In this document: positions 40,130 through 54,999 of the stretch, in pieces
How positions within the stretch are numbered: the first letter of the stretch is position 1
Layout: every line of letters starts with the position of its first letter
NCBI RefSeq assembly: GCF_006345805.1
Contig: NC_043002.1
Location: forward strand, 44,516,001 to 44,580,000
Length of the DNA: 64,000 nucleotides
Direction: 5' to 3'
DNA from: Octopus sinensis
Taxonomy: Eukaryota
The notes under the pieces: model-generated
What the model was told of the DNA's origin: nothing
Seen by the model: the letters and a program-made list of their open reading frames with translations, nothing else
Databases searched by the model: none
Translations under genes and position numbers: made by a program

Positions 40130-41160
40130 TTCGTGACTCAGGGTCAGTTTTATTTCTCGTACAATTTATGTAGGTAGCGAGTTATTCCCTGTATTCTTAG
40201 ATACCTGCATTATTTCAATAAGCTAGCAAGTGCTCAAACACTTTTGATGACCTTCCCTATGCCTGAGAGACGAACCTCCAGTAGAAGCTCTATATGACAG
40301 TCCATTCCATTCCACTCTACTTTATATGTTTGTTTAATTCATTACTCACTGTCTCTAATGCACCAGTTAGCATCTTTACAGATCTCATGTTCCAAATCCT
40401 TGCAATCTTAAATTTTATGGGGCTGCATGTTTCAGCTCTTCATCTGCTTTCGTAACAATGCTAATATCGAATGGACATGATGGATCAATGAATTTTTTGC
40501 GGTGTTTGATCTTCAGCAGCTACAAACAGGCCCTCCGTTTTTGTTTTAGATTGTCGCTTTCTCAACCAAACCAAGGTTTTTGTTACACAAGCACTCTCAA
40601 TGGATTTCCAAAAATGACCACGCAAAGTTTTCTCTTTGATCTGTTTAGCATGTTCTCTTTCAATTTAGTTTTTGTCGCTTCTTTTCATTCTGAATCACCT
40701 GTTTTTTTATTCACTGCCTTAAATAACTTTTGAGTTGTTCTGCAAATAATCAAGTAAATTGTGTCTTTCCATCTACACACACTCCCCATACTAGTTAAGA
40801 CTCTTCTACTCAGGTCTCACTTCATGCAAAAGCGTGTGATATCAGCCTTCTTACAGGTTCAATGCAGAGTCAACAGCTTTCTATTTTTGTTGGTTTTTTT
40901 ATAGGTTTCTGCATTTTCCATTTTTCCTAATCTCTATTTCCAGCCGCATTTCTGATAACTCACAATGCACTTGAATTGCTTCAATAACATCACTGGAATT
41001 CAAACTTGACTGTAATTGTCCTCACTTTTCTTGTATACTGTCTATTTACAGTTTGCTTCATTTCTTCGTGTTACATTTCATCTGTCTCCGGCATCCTATA
41101 AAACTGTCCTTTCTCAACTGATTTTATTGTTTACCTATTTGGCATTTCAATTTCCTGCCT
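40130..41160 (-). mobile_element. Degraded R4/Dong-like element
   Basis: Remnants resembling TEGLFVAAEDQ, KADIxRL and GAL motifs across several frames. Confidence 0.6.
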
Positions 41161-41169
41161 TCCTTTAAA

Positions 41170-42700
41170 TCTTTAAAATATTATTATTGTTATATACGCA
41201 CAACAGATTAGATTGTTGGAAAGAAAAATAACCCTAACATCGGGCTACAACAAGCAATCTTAGATGCTAAGAATGGTCCTAGGTGTCCTAGCTGTCCTTA
41301 ATAACACTGTTTTCTCAAGCTGTACAAAACTGGATTTTATGTTTATGTCTTCTATCCATCTGTTCAGATCTTAAGGGGTAGTTCCCAATGCACCTATAGT
41401 TTCTGGGATACACTTTTCCCGCACTCTCCATAGTCTCTGAAATTTAATGCCTAGGTCCTGGCACTTTACTACTTTTCCTATACCTCTCATATTAATTTTT
41501 ACATCATTTGAGACTGTAAAGTCAGTTATCTGGCTCTTTGTATTCTTTGTATCTACTACTACTAAATTAGGACTTCTAGCTTCTATTACTCTCTCAGTTC
41601 GAATGTTAAAGTCCCACAACATTTTGTATTTCTTACTTTCTAGTATTTTACTAGGTTCATGTTCATACCATTTATCAATATGTTCAAATCCTAGCTTTCC
41701 ACGTTACTCCCAGTGGATTACTCTACCTAGGTTGTCTTGTCTTTTCGCATTCTTTTTGTGCCAGCATGCCACATTCACTTACAATATGATTTTGCATATA
41801 ACCTACATTTGGAATCTACATGTTTTTTGCTTATCTTGGCTTTTATCCAATTAGTCCTTAATGCTTGATTTTTTGTATTTACTAACAAATTTTCTGTCTC
41901 CCTTCTCAAATTTCCCTCCTGCAATCATAAACATGTCTCACTATTACTATCTGCTGCAACTCTCTTTGGGAATCTACCATGCAACGCATTCTCCTGCCAA
42001 TCAGATAATTTCTGTTCTTTCTGGTTTTTATCTTCGTTTGGGTTTTCGGTTTCCCTATGTCTTGCTGTGACTCTAGCAACTTTTAATAAACTTTCTTCAT
42101 TATTAACTACATAGGAGTCTATATATAATTTAGCTAATTCCATGCAGTTTTCTACTGATGTTAACCCTCTTCCACCTTCCTTTCTAGGTAAGTATAACCT
42201 TGTTACTCCTGCATTTGGGTGGAGTCTTCTATTCATATTGAATTCCTTCATAGTTCCCCGGTATAGGTTTGCTAATTCAGTTTTTAGCCAATCTACAAAA
42301 GCTGCTGAGTATCTAAGTAATGATACTGCCCAAGTGTTTACAACCTTCACTTGATTCGGGCCACTTAGTTTTGACTTCATTAGCTTCGTCACCCTTGTGT
42401 ACAGCTCGATTTTCGTTTTCATTTTTGGAGTTAATACGCCTCCAGATTCTAATACTCGTATATACTTATAACTCTCTCCACTTTTCAATGATTTTAATGT
42501 ATGCCCATTTGGTAATCGGATGCCTTTGCTATTGACTACCTGACCCATTCTCATGACAAATATTGCAAGCTTATCTATGCCAAATTCCATCCCTATATCT
42601 TTGCTGAAGAGTTTTACAGTCTGTATTAAAGAATCTATCTCATTTTCAATCATACTAAAAAGCTTCAGATCATCAATGTAGAGCAAATAGTTAATTTTTC
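41170..42700 (-). mobile_element. Degraded R4/Dong-like element
   Basis: LYIDDLKLFS..DIGMEFG..RLYLPRKEGGRGL (41925-42686); LWDFNIRTERVIEARSPNLVV (41371-41622). Confidence 0.85.
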
Positions 42701-42796
42701 AATTACCATTTCTGAACTGGTATCCTGCCTTCCCCTTTTTGACTACTAAACTGTGGGGGATCAAACTTTTTGCAAATATTATTATTATTATTATTA

Positions 42797-43160
42797 TTCT
42801 ATGTTTGACTTTTGCTTTATGTCTGTACAAGTTGGCTCCAAGTCTCACCCAGAGACCTCAAGAGACAACAGTTCTGTGCCATATATTTGGGTTTGTTTTT
42901 TTTTGGTGTTGTACTAGTGAATGTCTAATACATAAAAAAAAATTTTTTTTTAAATAAATAAATAATAAAAAAAAGTTTGTTTTAAACCTTGGGATTACAT
43001 AGAGAGTATTTTGCGTAGGATATGAGCAGTTCCCATGAGCACTATCTTTTGAATTTCTGCCATTTTGGGGTTTCCTGGTATCTGAGTTAGGTAACAATCA
43101 TTCCCAGGGCACCTATGACAACAGGTATTGTTTTAGTCTTCAGCTTCCACATTTTGCTGA
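42797..43160 (-). mobile_element. R4/Dong subfamily A 3' fragment
   Basis: Same 3' UTR and C-terminus as the 31326 element; flanked by (TTA)n at 42778-42797 and 43158-43272. Confidence 0.88.
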
Positions 43161-43198
43161 TTTCTATTTCAAGATCTTTATTATTATTATTATTATTA

Positions 43199-43251
<53 letters not shown>

Positions 43252-44348
43252 GTTATTATTATTATTATTATTTCGCCTAAGAATTCAAAAGCTTAATATA
43301 ATGAAAGTCTTAAGTTGAATCACAAATATTAGATTCAATATGAAATGATGTCGATACTTACCAAAACAATAAAGGAGTATAACTTTGTATCCTTCAATCA
43401 CCTTCGTCTTTAATATGTTGTTACCCCATTTTTACGATAGACGTGATCTATAAAATATAAAAAATACGATAACTTTCTAAAGATATAAATATACAAATTA
43501 GTTTTTGAAGTCAATGATAAATCATTCCTACGTAAATATACTTATCAAATGAAGATAATCTTTAAATGTAGATGAAAACAATTCTGTGTGAAAAGTAATT
43601 TTTTTCTTCTAACCTTTTGAAGTAATTCATAAATATAAGAACTTTTGTGTGAAATGCTATATATCTACTCGTAAGAAATTTAAACCAATAGCTCTGTGTA
43701 AACAAGTGATACAAATCAAAATATTATCAATCAGCAAAAATATTGATTTAATGAAAATGAAAAGATAGATTTTCCAGGTATATTAATCAGGTAAAAATTA
43801 TCTGACGAAGCTGAAATGTATTTTTAAATCAACTGGCAGAACGATAAGGATATAAAAGTGCAAGTAAACAAATCTTTTGCTCGAATAAAAATATTGCATT
43901 TTCTTGAAAAAGAAATTGTCTTTTAGCAATCAAGTTTCCTACTGCTTTGAAGCTGAATATTTATGCATTCTTATCACTAAATTTCTGTTTCTTTGTATTT
44001 CTCTTTTTCTTTGGTTGGGTTCTGTTTTCTTTTTTATATTTTGGTACACTTAAGTACTTCAATCAATTCATCTTCTGAATATATCACTGAATGCGTCTCT
44101 TGAAATTAGAGGAAATAGTTTATGAATAAGCAAAAATTCCCCAGTAAAACTGCAAATATATACTATACTGCGATAATTTTAAAGCAATAATTGTCACTTG
44201 GAAAAGTATTTACTCATTCGTAGCAAAATAGAATACTAATTAACACGCTAATCTCTGTAAATAAAAGTTCTTTTTTATTTGTTTATTCCTTTCGATCGCG
44301 CTGAATGCATGTCATACATTTTTATACATGAACGTGGGTTATATATAA

Positions 44349-44576
44349 CCTAATATATAAATCCAGTTCTGTCTGTCTGCTTGTGCGCTTATAACTCGAG
44401 TATTGTTCATCCGAAATTTTAAACATGGATACATGATAGGGCGGTGAGGTCCGTAATCTAAAAAGATTTTTAAAATTGTCAGTTTCAAAGTGAGAATCGC
44501 TATTTTTGTAATATTTTTGCTGTTCATTAAAAGCAACGATCCGCTCAGAGAGCCGGCACATACCATTTCGCTAGCA
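44349..44576 (+). mobile_element. Helitron-like non-autonomous element; a related 5' copy lies at 44962-45170
   Basis: Two copies of ctaatatataaatcc.gttctgtctgtc...ataactcgagtattgttcatccg...cagtttcaaagtgagaatc; gctag near 44575. Confidence 0.5.
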
Positions 44577-44759
44577 ACAAGGCGAGTAGAGGATGACAGT
44601 CAGCCAAAACCGTTGCTGAGCTGTCTCTCTTCTTTCTTCTCTCTGTCTGTCTGTCTCTCTGTCTCCCTCTCAATATACGTAGGGGCTAAATACGATTATC
44701 TAACGTAAAGCAACAGTCGCCAAATGCAAAAAGCCAAAGAATTGTTAATACATACATAT

Positions 44760-44960
44760 ATACATACGTAAGACAGTAGAGTATTCTGAGGGAGATTTGG
44801 CTGCTATTTCTACCAGATCTAGCTACCATGTAGAGATCTCCTTCATTGGCTCATACATACATATGTATATACATAAGACAGTAAGGTGTGATTTGAGGGA
44901 GATTTGGCTGTTATTTCTACCAGGTCTGGCTACCATGTAGAGGTCTCCCTCATTGGCTCA
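44760..44960. repeat. Two tandem ~105-bp units
   Basis: taagacagta..gagggagatttggctg.tatttctaccag..ctaccatgtagag..cattggctcat x2. Confidence 0.85.
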
Positions 44961-45179
44961 TCTAATATATAAATCCCGTTCTGTCTGTCCGTTTTTTGTA
45001 CGATTATAACTCGAGTATTGTTCATCCGTTCTCGCTGAAATGTTAAACATGGATAGAGCGGGGCGTTCCGTAATCTAAAAAACTTTTTCAAAAGTTCAGT
45101 TTCAAAGTGAGAATCATTATTTTTGTAATCCTTATGGCCTGTTCATCGGATTACTAAAACTTCAATACCAGCATCCAAA

Positions 45180-45373
45180 TTAACTCTCTTCACCTATACA
45201 ACCGTCCAGTGGACGGGGGACGTTTTTTCTCTCATTTTTTCTCTCCTTGCTTCTATCCTTTTTTCTCTCCTTCTCTCTTTGTTTTTTCTGTAGAAGAACG
45301 TAGGCTCGAAACGTAAAAGACTTTTTCTGTTCCTGAGCATTATACTTCGTCCTTTGTTTTTTTTCGTAAACAC

Positions 45374-45378
<5 letters not shown>
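45180..45378 (+). mobile_element. Penelope-like 3' fragment with a variant minimal hammerhead (45284-45319)
   Basis: tttt-CTGTAGA-agaacgtaggctc-GAAACGTA-aaag, followed by (TA)n. Confidence 0.5.
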
Positions 45379-45425
<47 letters not shown>

Positions 45426-45437
45426 GAGTGAGAGAGG

Positions 45438-45496
<59 letters not shown>

Positions 45497-47206
45497 CGCA
45501 CGGGTATGTGTGAAATTTTAACTAAAAACTTACTTGCAATGAATCTTATTCAAATACAACATTTGCAAGTACGTTCATCTCGGCGAATGTTCAGTGTGTT
45601 AGAAAATAATATAACAAAAAATGTTGACTGTTTTGTAGTACATAATGTAAAGATAAATATTTATACGAAAAAATTCTGATGCGTGTAAATATTGAATGAA
45701 ATATTGAATGTAATAGTAAACGAAAATGAAAATTTGTACAGAAACTAGAATAAACTTTTTACCATATAATATAATTAATATTCCTTTATGGAAACAATAT
45801 TTTGTTATCAAAATATTTTACGCTCTTTCTAAAACTATGAACATTATTATAGATCATATAAAACAGTAAATCCTCGAATATCAAACCCGTCCCATACAAC
45901 TTAAATACATAAAGCGACAGACATTTATATGATATACTGAAGCTTTTACATGACTTCCATCGTATATATATTTTGTAATCTAATATGGAATTTAACTTTA
46001 GAATTCTTTGAAAATATTTATAATGAATTCCAGTAACACACAGAACTCGTATCTACACATATTTTTGCGATTATATTAGTTCTAAAATGTCTAGAATTAT
46101 TTAAATGAAATATTACACCAGGTTAGTTTGTGATGACTTTAAATCTAAGATGAAAGTGTTCACATAGATCTTTCTACCGTTTGTCTTTTTGAAAAATGTA
46201 CTTAACTTGGTTTCTCAATTTCCATCAATACAAATATATAACGAAAGGCTTCGGTAATAGCAATAAAGTGAGTACATAGTATGGTGGCATGCTATTTCTT
46301 AGTTCAATGAAGAGGATTGGTAACGCTAACGTTAAAAGCATTTTTATCGAGTGAGGTCGAAGCTTTTGATGTTCAGTTTCCAAACTAGTGGATGGATGGC
46401 TAGAAAGAGAAAAAAATTCGATGTAAGTTAATTCCAGATGGATCTTGGTGAGGGCGAGTGTTAGTGTCGAATCTGCGATGTAAGAAATAGAATGCGGCCT
46501 GGATCAAAGGGTTGGTGAAAATGTTGAATGAACCTGGATGATGGATTTATGAATATCTAGCCCAGAGGAGTATGGGTATTTTAGCTGTGAGGGGTAATTA
46601 AAGAGATGTAAAGGTCAGTATCAATTGCATAACAAGTAGCATCAAGTGGGTCACTAATTTATTGGAGAAAGTGTTTAAGAGTTAAACGTCTATCTTAAAG
46701 CACACAAAATGGTTCATAGACCTTAGATCGGTAGCAACCAAGTCAGCGTGTGACGTAATGAATAGGTCAGACAGAAAACTTCCAATCCGAAATGAATACA
46801 ATAGGGCTGTACTAATACTGCTTCCGTCACTAATATCTGATTTCTACCCGACCTGCCGGCTATTTGTGAACCGTGGTAGATTAGTCACTGTTTTTCTAAT
46901 ATACTGGTGGAAACGGTGATAGTGGCACCTACTGCTGATGAAGCGCAAACAGCCTAACATCGCGTGATTTGACATTTCCCCAACACTGGTAGACAATTTT
47001 CGTGTGGCAGTGATTTCTCAGATTTTAAAGACTAAACGCCTATACAAGATGCTTCCACAAGGCGAATACCGAAGTATTACAACATACTTGTAAAGCATCC
47101 ACGTAAAGCAAGATACATATACGCACAAACATGTACAAATAAGCATCATATATAACAGATAAACACACACACACACACATACATATATATATATATGCAT
47201 ACGTAC

Positions 47207-47259
<53 letters not shown>

Positions 47260-47272
47260 CATATATATATAT

Positions 47273-47332
<60 letters not shown>

Positions 47333-47353
47333 CATACACATATATATATATAT

Positions 47354-47854
47354 TATAATTAGGGTTCAGCAAAGATTTGCTTCACCACATACAAATAGCA
47401 GTCAAAAAATCTTAGCTATTCCTGATACCGTTAGGTGGAGAGATATTTTTCCAGTGCCTTCGAATTTAATATTTAATAATTAATATATGAGGAATCCCAC
47501 GCTGATGACCCGAAAATGGTCGGGTAAAGTATAATTATTTATTCTTTATACCGATTTAATTCCGAAACGCGCTTACGTGGGTAACCTAATATCGATTGAT
47601 TTTCGTTATTTTCCCCTTGCCTGCGTGGATTGTTTTCAAGTACTTTGGTTTTCTGGGAGCCCCTTTTAAAGTACAAGGAATAGCTAAGATATTCTGACTG
47701 CTATTTCTAAACTTCGGTATGTGTTGAAGCAAATCTTTGCTGAACCCTAATTATAAAGTATTACCTAAGCTTACCATCAAATGGTCTTTTTCATGCCGAA
47801 TTCTACTTGGTGAAATTACTGATTACTTCTTAATTAATTAATTTTACCCTTTGT

Positions 47855-47857
<3 letters not shown>
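47354..47857 (+). mobile_element. PLE-like element with an inverted 5' arm, in (TA)n
   Basis: 47354-47423 is the reverse complement of 47676-47755; terminal piece ends ccctttgttat-(TA)n. Confidence 0.75.
47496..47581 (+). ncRNA. Hammerhead-like ribozyme with a 55-nt domain II
   Basis: cccacg-CTGATGA-(55 nt)-GAAA-cgcgct-TA-cgtggg; perfect 6-bp stem I. Confidence 0.55.
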
Positions 47858-47891
<34 letters not shown>

Positions 47892-48445
47892 CTGTTTCGC
47901 CGAGAGGAGGTGATTATGCTGGGTAGCATCATTGGTGAGATTGTTAGTTTATTTCATATTACATCCATTAGCTTCTCCCTGAGCTTGTTTTCGGTGAATC
48001 ATTGAGCCGAACACCAGCTCTGTCTGCGTTACTAAAGGTGATAACGGTTCATCAGATGATCCTTTAATGCCTTAGTTAACGCAAAAACTGTTGGTGTTGT
48101 TTAACGCACTGATTCATTTACAAGAACTTAAACGAACTTGGCCTAGTGAAGAAACCACTTAGTTAACTCCTTGCGCTTTTGGATTGAAAGTAGAACTACG
48201 AGTTGCGTGATAAAACTTAATGCGAAATTATAATCCAGCATCTCAAACAACAGTCACTAATATACTGGCAAAGAGAGTTTTTTCTGACATGGTCCATGTC
48301 GAGCTGAGAGCAAAATTTTCAAGTAAAAACGAAAAATCTACTTCTGAGAATCATGCTATTCATAGATATTATATACACTTAGAGGGGTAATATATAAAAA
48401 AAATATAGACACAGATAAACAGGCAAACAGACAGACAAACAAGTT

Positions 48446-50160
<1,715 letters not shown>

Positions 50161-50161
50161 A

Positions 50162-50240
<79 letters not shown>
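50162..50240. repeat. (GATA)n microsatellite
   Basis: Direct reading. Confidence 0.97.
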
Positions 50241-50241
<1 letters not shown>

Positions 50242-50510
50242 GTTTCTTTATTGGCCACACAGGGCTGCACACAGATGGGACAAGTTACAAGGTAGAGCTT
50301 TTCTTTGGGGGATGAAAAAAACAAAAAAAAAGAAACAAAAAAAGGGGTGGCGTAGGTTTTCGATCAAGAAAGGGAAGAAAAGAACAAAAAAAAATTAATA
50401 AAATAAAAAAAATAAAAATAAAAATAAAAAAAGAAGAAAAGGAAAAGGAACAAAAGAAAAGAGAAATGAAAAATGAAGAAAAAAAGGGGAAAAAAAGGGG
50501 AAGATGAAAG
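50241..50510 (-). mobile_element. Second Tx1-like copy, 3' UTR only
   Basis: tttctttattggccacacagg..cacacaga.gggacaa matches 48561-48630; GATAGATAGA at 50510-50519. Confidence 0.85.
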
Positions 50511-52133
50511 ATAGATAGAATAAAAGGATCAGTTTGAAAATAATCATGACAAAGTTGGTGAGTATGTCTTATAATTCTACATAAGTTTACTGACTGCAGA
50601 AAAGTAAGCAATTTCTTCGTTGCTATTAGAAGACTCAAATGAGATCCCTAGCTAAAATATCATATTACTAATTTGGATCATCGACGCATATTTGATGCAC
50701 ATGTTTCAGTGAGACAAATAAGCCACGTTGGTAATCTGTTCATGTTCTGCATGATTGACACGTACTACATTATATATTCAGTACGTATTCAAGGCAAAGT
50801 ATTCGACATCAAAATATTCTAAAGCACAACATAAAAGTTTTAGAAGTATGCAAAGTATATTGTTTTTGTTTTTTATAAATATTCATATTACGTTTGAGAA
50901 AACGAAAATAGAATCAATTACAAACGTGAAGAATTCCAGTGCAGAGTATAAACTGTAGCAGCCAAATCGGAATTTCACAAATGTAATTGAGAAAATGCAG
51001 CACGTTAGTAGTGTTTTAGACAGCACTATTAACAAATGCTATTATTCAAGAACCACATGAGTGACTATTCTTATGAATAGCGAAAATATTCCACATTGGA
51101 ATCTTTGAATCTGAGCTATCTGCTAGAAAAGAATTTATTCAAAAATGGTTTCAATAAATCAACAGGAGCTGCTTGAAATTCCAGGAAACACACGAAGCGA
51201 CTAAACCCATGCAAAACGTTATACGTATAGTAATGTGAGTTAAAGGAAATGAATACCAAGCAGAGGAAAGAGCATACAGAGGAAAAGGAGTAACATAAGA
51301 CACGAAAGATATATTTTCCGATTGACCGCTAAATCACGTTCTTTTGTAAATGAACAGAAACTTAACTTCAAAGAATAAGCTTTCTACTTTATAGTTTTAG
51401 CTCGATAGTTATATATTTACCTTTCCTGTTAGAGGAAATGCGTGGCTGCTTATTTCATTGCTTATACACAGAAAAATAATAGATAGCAAAAATAGGATCC
51501 TTGAAATTCAAACTTCAACAGCCATAAATAAGTTTTTGATGTAAATATATAGTAACTTTCTGGATGGAATGAACAGAAGGAACGAACAGTAACATAGTAA
51601 ATAGATAATAGGACTGGGGAAATTACTCTAGTGAAAAAATATTGCATATGTCAGTAAGTGAAGTTCCAAAAATACAATTGGAAACAATCAATCTCTGACT
51701 ATGGTGGCTAAATATTCCGTCCAGTAATATAGCCACTAAGAATGTATCAATACGGATCAGTGAATTATAATGGTGCCCCAGGATGGCCCCAGTCTAATGA
51801 TTGAAACAAGTAAAGATAATTATTATAACAGCCATACTATTGAGGAATTGATTACGATTTGCTAATAATAATTCGATAACGCTATTGAATGAATAATAAT
51901 TAAAACTACAATTTCATTTATTTGTATATTTAATTATAGAGATCGACATCACCCTAGAGATAACGACAAGATGACAATTTAGCTACACACCCAGAAATTC
52001 GCTAGCAATAATAAACACTTCACATTGCAAAGCAAAAATCACAATAAACCCTTAAATCAACTGCGATACTTGTACTTTTCTGTCATCTTGGTTGAAAGAC
52101 ATATTTTTCCCCGTTAGATTTCAGCTAGAAATT

Positions 52134-52665
52134 ATTGCAGTGAATCCAAAGTTTTGTGATATTTTGGTAACATATTTGCTTTGTTCGTCAAACTACACAA
52201 AAAGGAGTCTAGCATTCAAAGTAGAGGTTATCGTATTGCAACGCCTGAAGCCACCTTTCTGATAGTTCTTTAATGCCTGTCCTTGTCCTTCGAGAACTCC
52301 TTCACTGAATCGTCGGCCTCCTATTGTTTGATGAAGCACTGCGCGCTCGTGATCCATAGATCGGAACAATTAATAATCTGAGGGAATTAGGCCCAGATTA
52401 TATATATTGTGTTCGGCATCAGTTCGATTTCCTCAAGTTCCCGGAGTTTATTCCAGGTCTTTCGTTTCTACTAACCAATGCCGCGTATTTTTGCCGTACA
52501 ATGGCATACATCTGCTCCAGCTGTTCGGATTACAGGATCGCATTGATGGTTCGACCCTCTGGAATGAACTTGTAGTTAGTTATCGTCTCATAATTTCACC
52601 AAAAGCAGAGCATCACCTTCAGTTCAAAATGCCCATGTTTGGCAACTGATTCCGGAAGCTGGTAC
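52134..52665 (-). mobile_element. Mariner 3' half, degraded
   Basis: KVMLCFW..PEGRTINA..EQL; GIKELSERWLQALQYDNLYFE; TIR-like tattgcagtgaatccaaagttt. Confidence 0.75.
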
Positions 52666-52699
52666 TTGATTAAACACTGCTTATGCATATTAGGATTGC

Positions 52700-54592
52700 A
52701 GAAAAATATACCCACTCGAATTATTACTTTTTCCTAAAATAGCCGCACAAAAAAGAAAGGTTTAAGTACCGCTCGGATTGATTACCGAAAGGCTTTTGAT
52801 AGTATTCCCCACATATGGTTCCTAGAAACACAAGCTGCGAACAAGGTAGCACCAATAATCATAAAATATATGAGACACTCTATGAATAAATGGCAGACAA
52901 TGCTACAAATCCAAACAAAAAGGAGACTCCTAAAAGCCAAAGCCATCCTATTAGAGGAGGAATAATCCAGGAAGACGCTCTCTCAACACTCCTTTTCTGC
53001 TTGGCACTGTCACCTTTATCTGATATGCTAAACAGAACTGGATGCTCATACAACTCTTACGGCAAGACAATCCGCCACCTCTTATATATGGTTGGTCTAA
53101 AACTGTATGCTACAAATGATAAACAGCGAGAAACATTACTACAGACAGTACATGGATTTACGAAAGAAATAAATATGAAATTTGGCTTAGAAAAATGTGC
53201 CAAAGCAAATTTGAAACGAGGAAAAGTAGTTAAGAGAGGTAACATCACACCAGATAAAGAAAATGAAATAAGAGATTTAGACCAAAGTCTGACATACAAA
53301 TATTTAGGAAACAATGAACTAGATACGATACAACATACACAAATGAAAGAGAACATAAAAAAAGAATACTATAGTCGAGTTTGATTAATACTGAAAACAG
53401 AGCTCAATTTGAAAAACAATATATGTATTAACACTTTAGCCGTACCAGTTATAAGTTACAGCTACAATATCTTTAACTGGACACTAAAAACTATTACAAA
53501 ATAACCACCATAGGACTGCAAAAATACCTACTTCAGAAGAAGCAAGGAATACAAATAGAAATAGCCATAAATCACAATCAAAACAAAAAACTGTTTCCAG
53601 TATTTAAGGAAGCTGACAAATACAAACAAGAAGTCATACTATCTAACAACTATGAAGAAGAAGAAGAAACAACAAAAGATGCAAAACAAAAGAAATCCAA
53701 ACTAAAACTAGAACAGAAACGGATAATGTTAAAACAATAGCAAGAAAAGCCCCTTCATGACAAATACTGGGCTAAACTAAACGCGAAAGAAACAGACAAA
53801 GCAAAATCCCAGCAATGGCTTAGAAGCTCAGGACTAAAAGTAGAGACTGAAGGATTTTTAATTGCAGCACAACACCAAAGGTTCCCTACCAGAAATTACC
53901 AAAAGCATATAACGAAAAGAAACATGACAAGTAAATGCAAAATATGTGAAGATGGACAAGAAACAATAAATCATAATGTGTCTGGCATCCCAGCCCTGGC
54001 GAAGAAGGAATATATTCACAGACACGACAGAGTTGGGACCTATATACACTGGAAGCTATGCCAACACTACAGAATAACAACAGAAAAAATATGGTATAGG
54101 CATACACCAGAAAAGGTCACAGAAAAAGAGAAAGCAACAATACAAGGGGATATACAAATACACACAGATAGGGAAATTAAGGTTAGCAAGCCAGATATAG
54201 TTGTCAGAGATCATGATGAAAAAAGTGCTTTCTAATTGATTTATCAATACCAACAGACGACAACGTTCCTCTAAAAGAAATGGAGAAACTTTCAAAATAC
54301 TGGAAGTAGAGGTAACTCGAAGGTGGTGTCTGAAAACAAACAATTCCTATCATAGTGGGCGCATTAGGTATGATAAAAAATGGACAAATACATAACAAAA
54401 ACACAAGGACTAACAAATATATATATATATATAACATACAGAAAATAGTACTACTAGGCACTGCACACATCCTACGTAAAACACTTTCAATACAGTAATC
54501 ATAAAACCACCACAACAAACCGCAGCACGTAGCCAAGGCACACAGAGCTGTGCTCGGTAGTGCAGTGAAAGCACGTGATAAAAATAAGACTA

Positions 54593-54597
<5 letters not shown>
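52700..54597 (+). mobile_element. Degraded R4/Dong subfamily B element with (TAA)n tail (54596-54682)
   Basis: GIIQEDALSTLLF..HLLYMVGLKLYA..MKFGLEKCAK; CKICEDGQETINHNVSG; 3' UTR then (AAT)n. Confidence 0.88.
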
Positions 54598-54666
<69 letters not shown>

Positions 54667-54682
54667 TAATAATAATAATAAT

Positions 54683-54860
54683 CCTTTCTGGTATAGACAC
54701 AACTTTGGTGGGGAGAGGGCTATAGGAGTACAGCGACCCCAGTATTTGACTGGTAGCTATTTCATCGACCTCGAATGGATGAAAGACAAAGTCGAACTCG
54801 GTAGATTTGAACTCGGAAAGCAAAACCGGTGAAATGTCTCTTAGTATTTTGTTCGGTGTG
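54683..54860 (-). mobile_element. SINE family 1 whose (ATT)n tail is the tract abutting the Dong 3' end
   Basis: atttgaactcgg, cgacctcgaatggatgaaagacaaagtcgaac, ends ccagaaagg-attatt on the minus strand. Confidence 0.75.
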
Positions 54861-54999
54861 CTAACAACAACTCCAACAGTAGCTTCAAATATTGGCACCT
54901 GGCTAGTAATTTTAGGGAAGCAGGTACATCGATTACACCAACATCACAACTGAACTGGTTTATTTATTGGTCACAAGATCCTACTTAAAAGGTACAAAA

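Noticed and set aside
43802-43820. CTGACGA-agct-GAAA
   Set aside because: Stem II too short and no convincing stem I; likely chance
46300-47010. Possible old CR1/L2-type RT remnant
   Set aside because: Only faint motif traces; not supportable without a search
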